From: Octopus vulgaris
Lineage: Eukaryota
NCBI GenBank assembly: GCA_951406725.2
Contig: OX597832.1
Location: forward strand, 31,310,001-31,374,000
Length of the DNA stretch: 64,000 nucleotides
Reading direction: 5' to 3'
The notes under the pieces were generated by a model. That model searched no databases and was not told where the DNA came from. It worked only from the letters and a program-made list of their open reading frames with translations. Every line of letters begins with the position of its first letter. Position 1 is the stretch's first letter. The translations under genes and the position numbers were made by a program. Positions 39,838 through 53,300 of the stretch are shown piece by piece.

Positions 39838-40603
39838 CACATTAGGTAGATAAGTAAAAACGAGTGATTCTTATAACCCGGGTCCGTATAACATCTGGAG
39901 TTCCATGTAAGATTTTGTTGTTAAAGTTTATGAGTAATAAACTGGTTAGACTTCGCCAATACAAAGAATATATTAATTGTTTTTTTCTACAATTCTTAAT
40001 ATTTAATCATGAAAATATAAGATTCTTTTAAACATGAGGAACCAGTAATCTAAAATAGATAGAAGGCAACAAAAATGGTTCGAAAACCACTGATATAGAC
40101 TTGTTTATGAGCGAGTTCCACTCGTAATTGTATTTTACGTATCTGTGTATGTATATATATATATATATATATATATACATAGGTCTATAACATACTTAAT
40201 ATTATATATATATATATGTGTGCATATATTCATATATGTAACATAAAGAAATGAAAAAATATCAATTAAAACGATTGACATACTTCTGTCAAAAGAGAAT
40301 GAAAAAAAAATAAGGAAGTAGTTATATATTTATAAAATATATAGATGTATACATGCATGTATGTGTGTTTTTAGTGTGATTTCCACTTGGTGTATATGAA
40401 AGAGGGGGTGGAATAAAATGCGATGGCGGTGAGAGGGGAAGTGCCCTTCCAATGGGAGACCTTATGACACAACTTGTAACATAAATCCGTTAAATATACA
40501 TACATTATATGTACATGAATAATGTGTGTGTATTTATGCATGTCTATATACACATGTGTATCCATCTATATATATACCTATACATATATATACACACACA
40601 TAA

Positions 40604-40866
40604 ATATATACATCTATTCATGTTAATATACACATGCTTACATACCCGTTATGCATGTAGGATCACCGTCATATGAGATATATATATACATATATATAGA
40701 TATATACACACATATATTTATATAAGCATATTATATATACGCTTGAGTTATTAAGAATTGCTATATGTATGTATAAACATACACACACACATATATATAT
40801 ACATCTATTCATGTTAATATACTCATGCTTACATACCCGTTATGCATGTAGGATCACCCTCATATG

Positions 40867-40900
<34 letters not shown>

Positions 40901-41000
40901 ATATATATATATACATACGTATATTTATATAAGCATATTATATATATAGGCTTGTGTTATTAAGCATAACTACATGTATGTATAAATATACACACACATA
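40604..41000. repeat. About 190-bp tandem duplication
   Basis: CATCTATTCATGTTAATATAC.CATGCTTACATACCCGTTATGCATGTAGGATCACC occurs at about 40611 and 40802. Confidence 0.9.
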
Positions 41001-41519
41001 TATACATACATTCATATGGTTATTATTATATATTTTTTTTTAATATAACCCTCACCTTTTTAGGACTTGTTTTTGGATTTCTTCGTTTTCGCTTGAAATG
41101 GTTTTTAGAATTTGACGGATTTGCTTTCAGGCTTTTTCTTCAGAGAGGGTTTGAACTGTTTTTGTCTATGTGTGTATATATATGGGAAGATATAGATATA
41201 AATGTATGCGTGCATGTGTGTCTGGGTGGCGATCTGTCTCTACAAACATGTACAAATGTATCTATATATAAATATAAATGTATATATATAATAATGGTGT
41301 GTTATTGTGGAATTGTTTACAAGATTATTATTAAATAGTATTTGGTGGTGAAATGTAAATTGGTTTGGTTTAGCAACCACGTGTGTAATACAGAGCCGGG
41401 CTCCCTAGTTTGGTATCCTTTCAGCCTCGACACTCACTCACTTTGGCTTCTTCAGACATTCATTCACGTATAATAATAATAAAGTCAGTCACTGGCACAT
41501 CCTGCCAGACACATAATAT

Positions 41520-41841
41520 ATACTCCCACACACACACACATATGCATACATATATGCATACGTACATACATACATAAATACATACATACATAAATACATA
41601 CATACATACATACACACATACATACATACATACATACATACATACATGTATGTATGTATCTCTGTATGTATGTATGTGTATTTATTTATATATATTTACG
41701 TTCATACATACATACATATATATATATGTGTGTGTATGTATGTATGTGTGTGTATATATTTATATCTATTTATCTGTGTATATATTTACGTTCATTCATG
41801 TGGTTTCTGGGACACATACAGACATACAAGCATGCATATAT

Positions 41842-41905
<64 letters not shown>

Positions 41906-42747
41906 CTGCATGTATGTATGTGTGTGTATATATATTTATATCTATCTCTCTCTCTCTCTCTATATATATATTTACGTTCCTTCATGTAGTTACTGGGACA
42001 CGTCCAGACATTTCGGCAAACGCACGTGTAACCGTACGTGCACCATATACACGCATATACACAAACGTGCGTTTCTACACACACAGATATTTATACAATA
42101 CAACAAACACACAATATACATACATTAACGGAGCTAGTAAAACGGACGGGGCACATTCGTCAATCACCCAAGTTACTACACACACACTTCTATGCAATAC
42201 AAACACACACAAACCGCACACATATTTATACCTAAACTTTATACACACACACTGACATAGAAACGAATATTTTTACCCAAATATTTGGCGCATTATACAT
42301 AAATATACAGTCATTGAATTAATGCATTTACACAGAGAGAAACTATATATAGCCGTATACACACACGCGCGCGCGCACTTGCTCTTAGTTGCAATAGTCT
42401 CTTTGAAAACATACCGCATTACTAAGGCTGACATACAGACAAAATAGGATATATACACACGTACAAGGCTGTGAATACATACATACATACATACATACAT
42501 AGATAAATACATACATACATACATACTTACATACATACATACATACGTACATACATACACTATATATATATACATATGCACACACATATATGCATATATA
42601 TATATATATATTTATGCTATATATGATATATATATATGTATACGCATATATATATTCATATATATGTGATATATATATATATGTATACGCATATATATAT
42701 TCATATATATATATATACCTATATACGTATATATTTATTTATATATA

Positions 42748-42809
<62 letters not shown>

Positions 42810-42852
42810 TTATATATATATATTCGTATATATACGTATATATATTATATAT

Positions 42853-42890
<38 letters not shown>

Positions 42891-43870
42891 ATGTGTGTGT
42901 GTGTGTTGTTTCAGCGAGTGAGAGACGAACGGAATTTATAGTTGACAAACACCAAACACTACAAAAAAATGTGTTACGCACATTGAGAGCCTAAAACAAA
43001 CACCTCAATCACAGCACAGGTTCACACACACACACACACACACATACATAAACACACACACTGTCATATATGAATATGTATATATATTTACACAAATGGA
43101 TGTATGTGTGTATGTATGTATGTATGTATGTATGTATGTATGCGTGTATTGTATGTATGTATGTTTGTATGTATGTATGTATGCATGCATGTATATATGT
43201 ATTTGTGTGTATGTATACATATATGTGTGTGTATGCGTTTATGCATACACATTTATATGTATCGTTATATATTTACGCATATATATGTGTATGTGCGTGT
43301 GTGTAATGTGTGTGCATGTGTTGTGTGTATGTGTTGGGTGCGTGTCCATGTGTTATGTAGTGTGTGTATGTGCTCTGTGTAGTATGTGTGTGTGCATGTG
43401 TTCTGTGTAGTGTGTGTGTGTGTATGTGTTTGGTGTGTGTGCATGTGTTCTGTGTAGTGTGTGTGCATGTGTTCTGTGTAGTGCATGTGTGTGGGTGTGT
43501 TTGTTGGCTCCCTGCCGTATCCAAACTAGTTTCCGAAGCAAGCACTTGCCTCGTCATTTAACAATAATAGTTGGCTTGATAAATTACCGTTTGCTTGCTT
43601 TGTTTAGCACCAACATGTGTACTACCGCCACTACACCCACAAGCACTGCCACCACCTCTACTACTACTACTACTACTACTAGCACCACCAACACTTCCAG
43701 CTAACTTCTTTACCGACAGCATTACTACAACCTTCATCACCACTGCCAATACCACTATTATTACCGTCACCGGTGCCACCAACATCTCCATCACCAAGAG
43801 CAACACCACGACTACTACCACCGCAACTACCATCACCACTATCACCCACATTCCCTCCAGTATCACTACC
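41520..43870. repeat. Compound low-complexity block (TA, CA, TACA, TG, ACT/ACC repeats)
   Basis: Seen directly; it accounts for the many Y/I/C/V/T-rich ORFs. Confidence 0.9.
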
Positions 43871-43872
43871 AA

Positions 43873-45141
43873 CACTTGGGACCAAATAATGGAAACACCT
43901 CGTTTAATGGAAGGTTTATTATTTCATAGCTTTGACGTGAATCATAGCTTTAATAGGTCGAGGAATTCACCCGTGGAACTTCTGAGCCGTTTTCAGCGCT
44001 GATTCTGAGCCAGTCTTTAAGTAAAAAAAACGCTTTGGTTCTTTCAACAGCGATGGCGGAGGGAAGCGGCTTCGCACTTGCTGCTCCAAAATGTGCCATA
44101 AATTTCCAATTATATCGAAATTCGGTGGTTGTGGAATCCAGTTCAAGTTGCCTACTTCACTTTTGTGTTCTTTACACCAATTTTGAATGACATTAGCTAC
44201 GTGGAATCGGCACATTGTCGTCCTGGAAGATATCGCTACCACCAGGAACAATGTTTGTACCATAGGATGGGCCTCATAAGCCAAAATACCCACACAATCC
44301 TTAGCGTTAACTCTGTAGAACACCTAAAGGGGCAAGGGAATTCCATGATATGGCTAATTGATTTGACTCACTGGCACCTCCATATTGTCAGAATTGAAGG
44401 CTTCTTTAGGTTGGCTTCAGACTTAAACTCATCCCGAAGTGGGAAAAGGAACGACTGGTAATTCATCAGACAAGATTACATTGTTCCATTGAGCCGTTGA
44501 TCAATTCCAATCGTCGAGATACCATTTCTTACCACTTTTCATTCCATCGATGGAGGACTGCAAAGGTTTATCCATTTCAGTCTTTCCGTGGTATTCAGTT
44601 TTATTGAGCTCACGAAGAACCGTTTTGGTTGACACAATTTTGGTAACATGGGGGTGGCTTAGCTCTGCTGCCATTTTTGCTGCTGTAGTTCGATGGTTTT
44701 TAAACGGGGTTTATTTTGCTATTCTGCAGTTCCCTTCTGTGATCTTCGCCTACCGTCCAGGAATATGCTTTCCAGATCTGCTTTACTTTGGTTTTGGAAT
44801 GCCAACATGATTTTAAAAAGACTGCACCTCTCGTGACAATTAACAACTCTGTAGTTTTAGCGACTGTAGTTCCATCCACGCCATCCACGCTCCAATAATT
44901 TGTCCTCTTTGGAAATCAGTGACGTCACACGTATTTTAACTTAGTCAAACAAAACAAGAAAAAAAAAAGAAGTATAGAGAATTATATGATGAAGTAGGGA
45001 AGTAGGTGGTATACATAATAAATACGACACATATATATATACAGACCGGCAGACTAGGACAGTTTTGAATTTGTCGCATTGCCAAAATAGAAAGTTGGTA
45101 AATAAAAAATGTGGTGTTTCCTTCTTTTTGTTCAATCGCGG
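43873..45141 (-). mobile_element. Degenerate near-full-length Tc1-like transposon
   Basis: Minus strand: DVTDFQRGQIIGA (HTH start), WNNVILSDE (first D), FQDDNVPI (second D), WIPQPPNFDIIGNLW (decayed SPDLNPIE). Imperfect TIRs GACCAAATAATGGAAACACC / GGTGTTTCCTTCTTTTTGTTC. Confidence 0.9.
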
Positions 45142-45293
45142 TACAAACACGCACACACACACATACATAAACATATATGAATATATATATATACAGTATG
45201 TGTACACACACACACACACACACACACATATGTTGGGGACCGCTTTGAAGGGTTTAGTCAAAACTGTGTGGAAGTCCGTCGTGTGTGTATGTT

Positions 45294-45342
<49 letters not shown>

Positions 45343-45413
45343 AACGGGGATACTTTCCCTCTTTACACGTCCAAACAAGAATTCTAATCATGACATATTT
45401 ATCCCATACATAC

Positions 45414-45444
<31 letters not shown>

Positions 45445-45789
45445 TGTATGTATGTATGTATGTATGTATGTATGTATGTATATGCACATATATGTGTATA
45501 TATAACGGGAAGGTTTACGAAAATAAACAAAAGACGAAGGCAGGTGGAGTACAAACAAACAAATGTATTAGTATGGCGCTCAGGAATAGAAATAGAAAAA
45601 GTCTTTTACGTTTCGAGCCTACGTATGTATATATATATATGCATATATATGTATGTATATATATACTTTCCCTCTTTACACACCCTAACATAAATTCTAA
45701 TCATGACATATTTATCCCATTCTACTCATCTTTATGCCCAGATTCGAAAATCCAAATCCTATAAAACTCACACGAAGGTTTTTGCTCCT

Positions 45790-47283
45790 GAAAAATGGAG
45801 CACATGGTGCTCTAAAATGTGGGAGTTAAGCCCCCTATTAGGGGGGGGGTCTTAAAGTCACCCAGAGAAGTTGAATTGTTGGGAATCTTTTTAAACTTGA
45901 GTCTTATATACATTGTTCAAATTTCTTTGAAATCGGAAATAGATGAATGTTCACTGGGTTTGTAAAAGAGAGCAAAGCTACAGGAAAACAAAAGACGAAT
46001 GATTACTATAAGCAGTCAGCTACCCTACCCTAGTTGTTGCCACTTCCCAATGTAGGATTCCTCACCATACAGGTGACCGGCACAGCTGTAAGATGCATTA
46101 CGGATCTATAGCAATTGGAAGGGCGTGACCCAACTCAAATAAACATTAACAACTGTGTGACGTGAGGGCTAAGGGGAAATTCAAGTGTCACCTCTGGAGT
46201 TTGCCAATGACTACTATGCCGATTGGTAAGAGAATAAATTTGCAATCTATAAATCTCTTTGAATGATCAATCACTTATCTGGAAAGGTTTTGAAATCAAT
46301 GTTACCATCTGGAGACTATCTCTGATCCAGTGATAATGAAAAGACTCAAAGGAGGTCTGCAACCAAGTAACTTTACTCAGAATAACACTTTGCAACTGAA
46401 TCAGTGGAGGCAAAGATGCCTCTCCTTTACTTGACAATTTATGTACCACATTGCAGAAATCCCAATCTAAGTATATCTCAAAGCAAACTTTTTCACTGTT
46501 GTACCATCGAATTACAAATAACGCTCATCTTGTATCCTTAGATGACTCTACAGCTTCCAAGACTACAATTGTATTTGTCTTGGCTTAGAAAAAATGACTA
46601 AACTGCGGGGGTTAAGCCCCCATTAAGGGGTCTTATTAACTACCTAAGAAGTTGAAATTTTAGGAATATTCATTTGTTTTTAATATCTATGGTTAAAATT
46701 GCATCAACAGCAAAAATATATGAATTTTCATGGGGGTTATGGCCTCATTTATGCCCCCTTCATTTTCAAACATATTCTGCATTACATCCGCCCCTATGCA
46801 TAGAATATAATTTCTAAATTTCATAAAGACCCATTCAATAATTTTGACTTCGTTTTGGATCATAAAAATGACTAAAATTTGGGAGTTAAGGTCCCCATTA
46901 AGGTGTCTTAGAATCCTCATGAGAAGCAGAAACTTTGGGAATACTTCTTGATTTGTGTCAATTACCTATGACTGGAATTTCATCAACATCGGAAATTTAT
47001 GAATTTTCATGTAGGGTTCTGCACCCTTTAAGCCACCTCAAATTCAAACCAAACATGCTGCATTATACTCGACCTTATGCATTGAATCTAAGTTCCCTAT
47101 TTCATAAGGATCCATTCAGTAATTTTGGTCCATGAAAACTGACTAAAATTTGGGGGTTAAGTCCCCATCAGGGGGTCTTGGAATCATCCAAAGAAATGGA
47201 AATTTTTGATATATTTTAAAATTTATTTCTAATACCTATGGTTCAAATTTCATCAAAATCCGAAGCATATGAATTTTCATGAG
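45790..47283. repeat. Diverged tandem array of about 272-bp units, interrupted once
   Basis: GGGRGTTAAG..CCCCATTA.GGGGTCTT anchors at about 45821, 46607, 46881 and 47152, with recurring AAATTTCAT.AA.AT motifs. Confidence 0.85.
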
Positions 47284-47999
47284 CGATATTTTCCCGTTTT
47301 TAATCTGAATTTCAGTTGGGGAATGCTCAAACCATTTGTTCAGGAATGACAGAACTTGGCACTTGGTCTGCAGCAGTCCTTGTTTCCTGCCGTCAGCACG
47401 AGTCACTGCTGCGTTATGTTCACCGGAAAAGAATCTCCCTGGAGATCGCCTTAAAGAAGTTTTAGTCGAATGAATGGATTCCAGTCCGTATGTATTTTCT
47501 TTAAGCCTGTTACTTATTCTATCGGTTTCTTTCGCCGTACCGCTAAGTTACGGGGACGTAAACACACCAACACTGGTTGTCAAGGCACAAAAGACACCAC
47601 ACACACACACCCGACGAGTTTCTGTCAACCAAATCCACTCACAACGCTTTGGTCAGCCTGAGGCTAGAGTAGAAGACGTTTGCCCCCCCCCCCAAGGTTC
47701 CTTGCAGTGAGATTGAACCCCAAACCATGTGACTGGGAAACAAGCTTCTTACCGCGCAGCCGTGCCTATGTTACCATGGTAATTATATAGGCAGAAGGCC
47801 GGAAGTTTCGAGGAAGCGATTAAATAGATTGAATCAGCTCCACTATTCGACTGGTACTTTATTTTATCGGCCCCGGAGGAACGAAAGGTAGAATCAATCT
47901 CGGTGGGTTCTCTGCAGAGATGCAAGGTAGAGTTCTATGTGGGGATGCAGGGTTTTACATAGAATAAATCGCAGTAAATTTTCTCTCTGGTAACCGTTG

Positions 48000-48560
48000 C
48001 CTCAGTGCACCTCAGCACAGTTTGTCTGTCTTTGGCATCATCAACTTTTGAAGATGTCTCATCATCCGTAAGCAATAATTGTCAGAAGCAGCGACACCTG
48101 AACAACGGTGTTTCATCAACGTTATACACTTGTTTTGCCGTGAAAAACATTTTTTTTTATCAGCCACGATCTTTGTGAATTCATCAATGAATTTCTCGTT
48201 TCCTTTACAATCAGCAGACGATTTATCACCGCAAATCATTAAATATTCAAAACTATGCGTTTCCTTAACGTTTTTCCAGCCAATATTGTAAAGAACTCCG
48301 TTACCTTTATTGCTTCGTTACCATAGATGTTCCTGTGTTTCATGACCGTCAGTCTGTTAAGCGATACATGTCAGCTCCGACACCAACGAATCCACTCCAT
48401 TAAAACAGGATTAAGAATTCCATTTTAAGCTCCATGCAATGTTTCGCCTTTTGTGCATTAACTTAAATTCACAATTTTCTGCAGATTGTTCTGTACTTAA
48501 ACCTTTCACTGCGAAATTAAATTCCATGGTCGTTCCAATAAAGTTAAATAGCTTCCAAAA
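48000..48560 (-). mobile_element. pogo/Tigger (CENP-B/jerky-like) transposase fragment
   Basis: VLMEWIRWCRS...ICGDKSSAD....KFIDEF.KIV...QVYNVDETPLF matches the CENP-B HTH to first DDE aspartate (YNxDET) region, with frameshifts. Confidence 0.85.
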
Positions 48561-48838
48561 CTAAGATTGGTTATTGTCTGTATGTTAGTGAAAGAGATTG
48601 ACAGAAATAAAGAGCTAGAAAAGGAGAAAACCCGATCAAAGAAAGGACTGGTGCTTTATTTATATCGACCCTGAACAGATGAACAGGTTGATACGGGTGA
48701 GATTTGAAACCAGAGCTTAGAGATTGGGAACGATCACCGCAAAACGATTTGTCTCTACAACGGCTCTTTTTGCAATGGCTGCTTTTTGCCTTCATCTCAA
48801 ATAGAATTTGTCTATGGACCCTTAAAAATACTACAGTG

Positions 48839-49238
48839 CAGGGATGTGCCTCCTAGGTAGGTAAAGTAGGCTATGCCTACCTTGAATAAAATAGATCGAT
48901 AGCAACATTTTATATTTATGGTAAAATATGCACCTAATTCAATAAAATTATACAGGTTACTCTGATTATTATGCATAAAATGTAAAATGTATTCTTTTGT
49001 AGATTAGGTAGGCATAATTCGCCCCTGCTTTTCAATCTCAGTATTAAAGCTACGCATATTACTACCGTAGCAAACGTGCTGCGTACACTCCTACAACAAC
49101 GTTTTATTTACGCACTATAAAGGCAGAAGTAAATTTGCTTTCAACTCAGTCGCGCGTCTGTGTTTCGTTTATTATTTTTTTTTTTTGCGTTTTACTACAT
49201 GAAGGTCACCAACTGCCTACCCTGGCTGCACGTGCCTG
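48839..49238. mobile_element. hAT-type MITE with a perfect 8-bp TSD
   Basis: CTACAGTG at 48831-48838 and 49239-49246; TIRs CAGGGATGTGCCTCCTAGGTAGGTA and (reverse complement) CAGGCACGTGCAGCCAGGGTAGGCA. Confidence 0.9.
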
Positions 49239-49689
49239 CTACAGTGGATCTCTAATCTACTATTTTGATTTTGTGAACCCCAAAAATATTATATCGACCC
49301 CATTAGGAATCACATGGACTCCCGTTGAGAACCAGTGGACAAGATGACGAAGAGAAAAACGACAAAGAGGAAAGAGGAAAGGGGGGATAATTCTCTTATA
49401 AAGAAAGGACGGAGTGGAGTGTTTAGTTGGAAGAGAATGAAAGAGAACATTGTTTTTTTTTTTTCTAATTTAGGCAGAAAGAGAGAAGTTTTAAGAGGAG
49501 AGTTTAGAAACGGTACCATCGCGTCCATACTTGACTGATACTTTATTTTATCGATCGCGGTGTGATGAACAGTAAAGTCGAGTGCGGCGAGAATTGGACT
49601 CGGAGCATAAAGAGCCAGAACAAACAGCGTAAAGCATTTTCTCTGGCGCTCGAACGGTTCTGTCATTTGACAAACCAAAGAGAGAGAGA

Positions 49690-49910
49690 GAAATCCTTTC
49701 TACTGGAGGCACCAAGCCTCAGTTTGGTGTGGTGGGGGATTAGTCGATTATATCGACCCCAGTGTTTCACTGGTATCTTAATTTATCGAGCTCAAAATGA
49801 TGAAAAGCAAAGTCGAGCTCGGCGGAATTTGAACTCAGAACATAGCGACCGGCGAAATACCCCAAAGCATTTCGTCCAGCGTGCTAACGATTCTGCCAGC
49901 TCACTGCCTT
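49690..49910 (-). mobile_element. SINE family C, near full length
   Basis: Head GGCAGTGAGCTGGCAGAATCGTTAGCACG ... GAGTTCAAATTCCG (B box). Confidence 0.8.
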
Positions 49911-50615
49911 ATCCCAAAGAGAGAGAGAAGAGGATAGTAAAAGAAGTGGAGAGAATGGGTAGAGGGGAGAAAGATGGGGTGGCGGGAGAAGGAGAGATAG
50001 GAGAGAGGGACAGAAAGGAGAGAAGACAGGGGTGGAGAGAGAAAGAGTGGAGATCTCGTGTCCAATGATAAAACATCCGGATAAAGAACAAAACAACGGC
50101 GGTGAAGAAGAATAAAAATAAAATCTAAAAACGAAGAGAAATAAGAATAAGATTACATATAGGAATAAGAATAGGGAATATAAACATGAGATATCAATAT
50201 AAATATGATTTAGAATCAGAAATAAGAATAGATATAAGAATAAGAATGAGAATGAGAATAGGAATAAAAACAGAACAAAGACAAGAGTTTTATATTTTTT
50301 ATCAAATTTTTTCGGAAAGAAAATAATATACAATGTTGAAGATATTGGAAGGGGTGGAACCGTGGAGGAGGGAATAATTTTGCATGTTGGAATGGCAGAC
50401 CATCCCAGCATTGAAGAGTAATGGCAGGGAATTGACATGTAAAGGGCCATTTATAAACAATAATGGGGTTTTGGGTGTGGAGAAGAAAGATCGTTCATGT
50501 ATACTTAAACGAGATAAAGCTGGAGCATATCAGAAGTTGGAAAATATAAACTGAAACTCAAACACGCATGCACATACCCAGAGTAATATGCAGCATATAT
50601 ATATACACGTGTCTG

Positions 50616-50670
<55 letters not shown>

Positions 50671-50845
50671 ACATAGCAATAAAGATAAATGAATATTTAT
50701 AGTTATTTTTACATACATACACGCATACAAATATAGCTTTTAGTTATATGTAAAATATATACATATACGTAAAACCTATATGTATGTATGTTTGTATGTA
50801 TGTATATGTGTATTTATCTATTTGTATATATACATATACTGATTC

Positions 50846-50879
<34 letters not shown>

Positions 50880-50955
50880 ATAAATATTCATGCACACATG
50901 TACTTATATAAATTCATATAATATACATATTTATGTATATATCTGCTTACATACA

Positions 50956-50989
<34 letters not shown>

Positions 50990-51607
50990 TTTTGTTTGTA
51001 TGAATGCGTGTGAGTTTACTTACTTGGAAGAACAAGAAGTACAAAGCAGTCCTATGTACACCAGACTCAACGGCTGAAGGCACTTCCTGATTTCAGTAGA
51101 AATATCTGTGCATGCATGTATATATGTATGTATATATATATATATATATATACATGTGTGTGTGTTTGTGTATGTATAGACACACATATATTTACATGTT
51201 TGTTTGTGTATATATATATATAAATAAATATGTATAGGTATTTATATATATATATGTATATGTATGCATATATGTATGTATATATATATGTATATATATA
51301 TGTGTGTATATGTATGTATATGTGTGTATATATATGTATTTGCATGTATATGTGTATGTATATATATATATATGCATCTATATTTAAATGTATATATCTA
51401 TATATATACATAAGTATATACAAACACACAAACACACTCGCATATAAAAGGTATGTATGTATATTTGCCACTCCCTCCCCCGCCCCGCCAACGATGCAGT
51501 GAGATAACATGCAGTATCAAGATGAAGGGGAGATGCACAGGAACGACGGAATGACATGTTATAATCGTTGAGGAATACAATAAAGATGGATATCGAAATA
51601 CGCTTGA

Positions 51608-51608
<1 letters not shown>

Positions 51609-51678
<70 letters not shown>

Positions 51679-51854
51679 TGGAAAGAAAGAGAGAGATAGA
51701 GGGTGAGAGAGGGAGAGAGAGACCGTGTACGTGTGTGAGTAACGATATTGAATGCTATGAAGAGATGGCTCTTTCGAAATCGTCTTTGTTTTTAAAACAA
51801 ATGATAGCGATGATGATGATGAGGATGTTGATGATGCTGCTGCTGATGTTGATG

Positions 51855-51886
<32 letters not shown>

Positions 51887-51970
51887 GTTGATGATGATGA
51901 TGATGATGGTTAGGAGGAAGAAGTAAAGGAAGAGGAAGAGGAGGACAACGAAGACGACGATGATGATGCA
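51609..51970. repeat. (GA)n and (GAT)n microsatellites
   Basis: Seen directly. Confidence 0.95.
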
Positions 51971-52038
51971 TGAAAAAAACACGGTTAGCTCAGTTTATGT
52001 CCATTAGAGAGTTTCGGAAAAATACCAAAACACACACG

Positions 52039-52114
<76 letters not shown>

Positions 52115-52648
52115 AATCGTAGGGGAAAAAATCGAAAGATCAAAGAAATCAATGTTCTTTAAGGAGGTGTATAGGATATTTTGCCGTTTGATATAAACGG
52201 TGTGTATAATTTTATAATTTGTATTTAGATGTTAAATATTAACTTTGTGAAACAAATATATTAACTTAGAAGAAGAAATAAAAAAAAAAAAAGCCACACT
52301 TTTTACCAAATGAATCCTATTAAGTGAGCGGCAACAAGATTTAGAAAGCAAAGATGAAGCAATTATGATGTGTAAATATGATGCGAGTCACGCCTCCCGA
52401 CTTTTCCCTTCGAAAATACAAGACAATAAGAAATATAAAAAAACAAGTTGAGTGGTTAAGAAGCTTCCTTCCCAACCATGCGATCTTGGGTTCGATTCCA
52501 GTGTCAGTACCTTGGATAAATGTCTTCCACTACTGCTCCGAGTCGACCAAAGATTTTTGACTGGATCTGGCTGACGGAAACTGAAAGAAGCCCGCGGTAT
52601 ATATATATATTAAAATGAAGTAGCTTTTGTGAAACATTGTAAGGTATA

Positions 52649-53008
52649 ATTTAAAGAATGTTGTTGTGTGAAGCCGAAACAATGCACGAAGGTATAAAGT
52701 AAAGAACAAACTGAAAAGAAAACAGAAGAAAGTTGCAGTTTTGCTTCGTATTTCTATATTTCGGGGTGAAAACCTCTTCTTCAGGACATTCGGAAGAGCA
52801 GTGGTTGGGAAAAGTTTGTTGCTCAGAAGTGTGTGTAGTTTTGAACAACAAACCACCGCTTTTCCGAATGTCCTGAAGAAGAGGTCTTCACCTCGAAATA
52901 TAGAAATACGAAGCAAAACTGCAAATTTCTTCTGTTTTCTTTTCAGTTTGCTGTTTACTTTATACCTTCGCGCATTGTTCCGGCTTTACACAACTACATT
53001 CTTTAAAT
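52649..53008. mobile_element. 158-bp-arm inverted repeat; probable head-to-head Penelope-like element termini
   Basis: Arms 52649-52806 and 52851-53008 differ at 11 positions by manual count, and each carries a CUGAAGA-stem-GAAA motif. Confidence 0.8.
52862..52913 (+). ncRNA. Minimal hammerhead-ribozyme-like motif
   Basis: CUGAAGA(52873-79) A GAGG-ucuuca-CCUC GAAA UA UA; stem I UUCCGAAUGUC / GAAAUACGAAG is imperfect. Confidence 0.55.
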
Positions 53009-53119
53009 ATGTGTGCGCGTGCGCGCATGCGTATATATATGCATAGATATGTATATATATATGTGTGTATACACACACACTCGCAAACATACACACACAC
53101 AAACAAACATGCATATATA

Positions 53120-53300
53120 TACGAAGTGTGTTGAAAAAGTATCCGACTTTAATTTTTCCTGCCAAAATTTATGCCTCTTGAGCAAAATCTTTTGGCGGTC
53201 ACCCTTCCTGCGCATGGGCAAAAATTTTCGTGCCGGTAGGCCGTGTCAGCTCCTGGGTGCTACGCCTAGAGTGCAGAACGTGTAGTGCGTGCTCGTCGTA
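53120..53300 (+). mobile_element. mariner-like terminal fragment
   Basis: TA|CGAAGTGTGTTGAAAAAGTATCCG resembles mariner TIR starts; no partner TIR was found. Confidence 0.45.

Noticed and set aside
43558-44002. Mucin-like Thr-rich and Val-rich ORFs
   Set aside because: They are products of decayed ACT/ACC trinucleotide repeats running into the Tc1 end.
51678-51982. Poly-Met and poly-Ile ORFs
   Set aside because: (GAT)n microsatellite.
52530-53046. Two similar ORFs on opposite strands (MLRISIFRGE...)
   Set aside because: They are an artefact of the inverted repeat.
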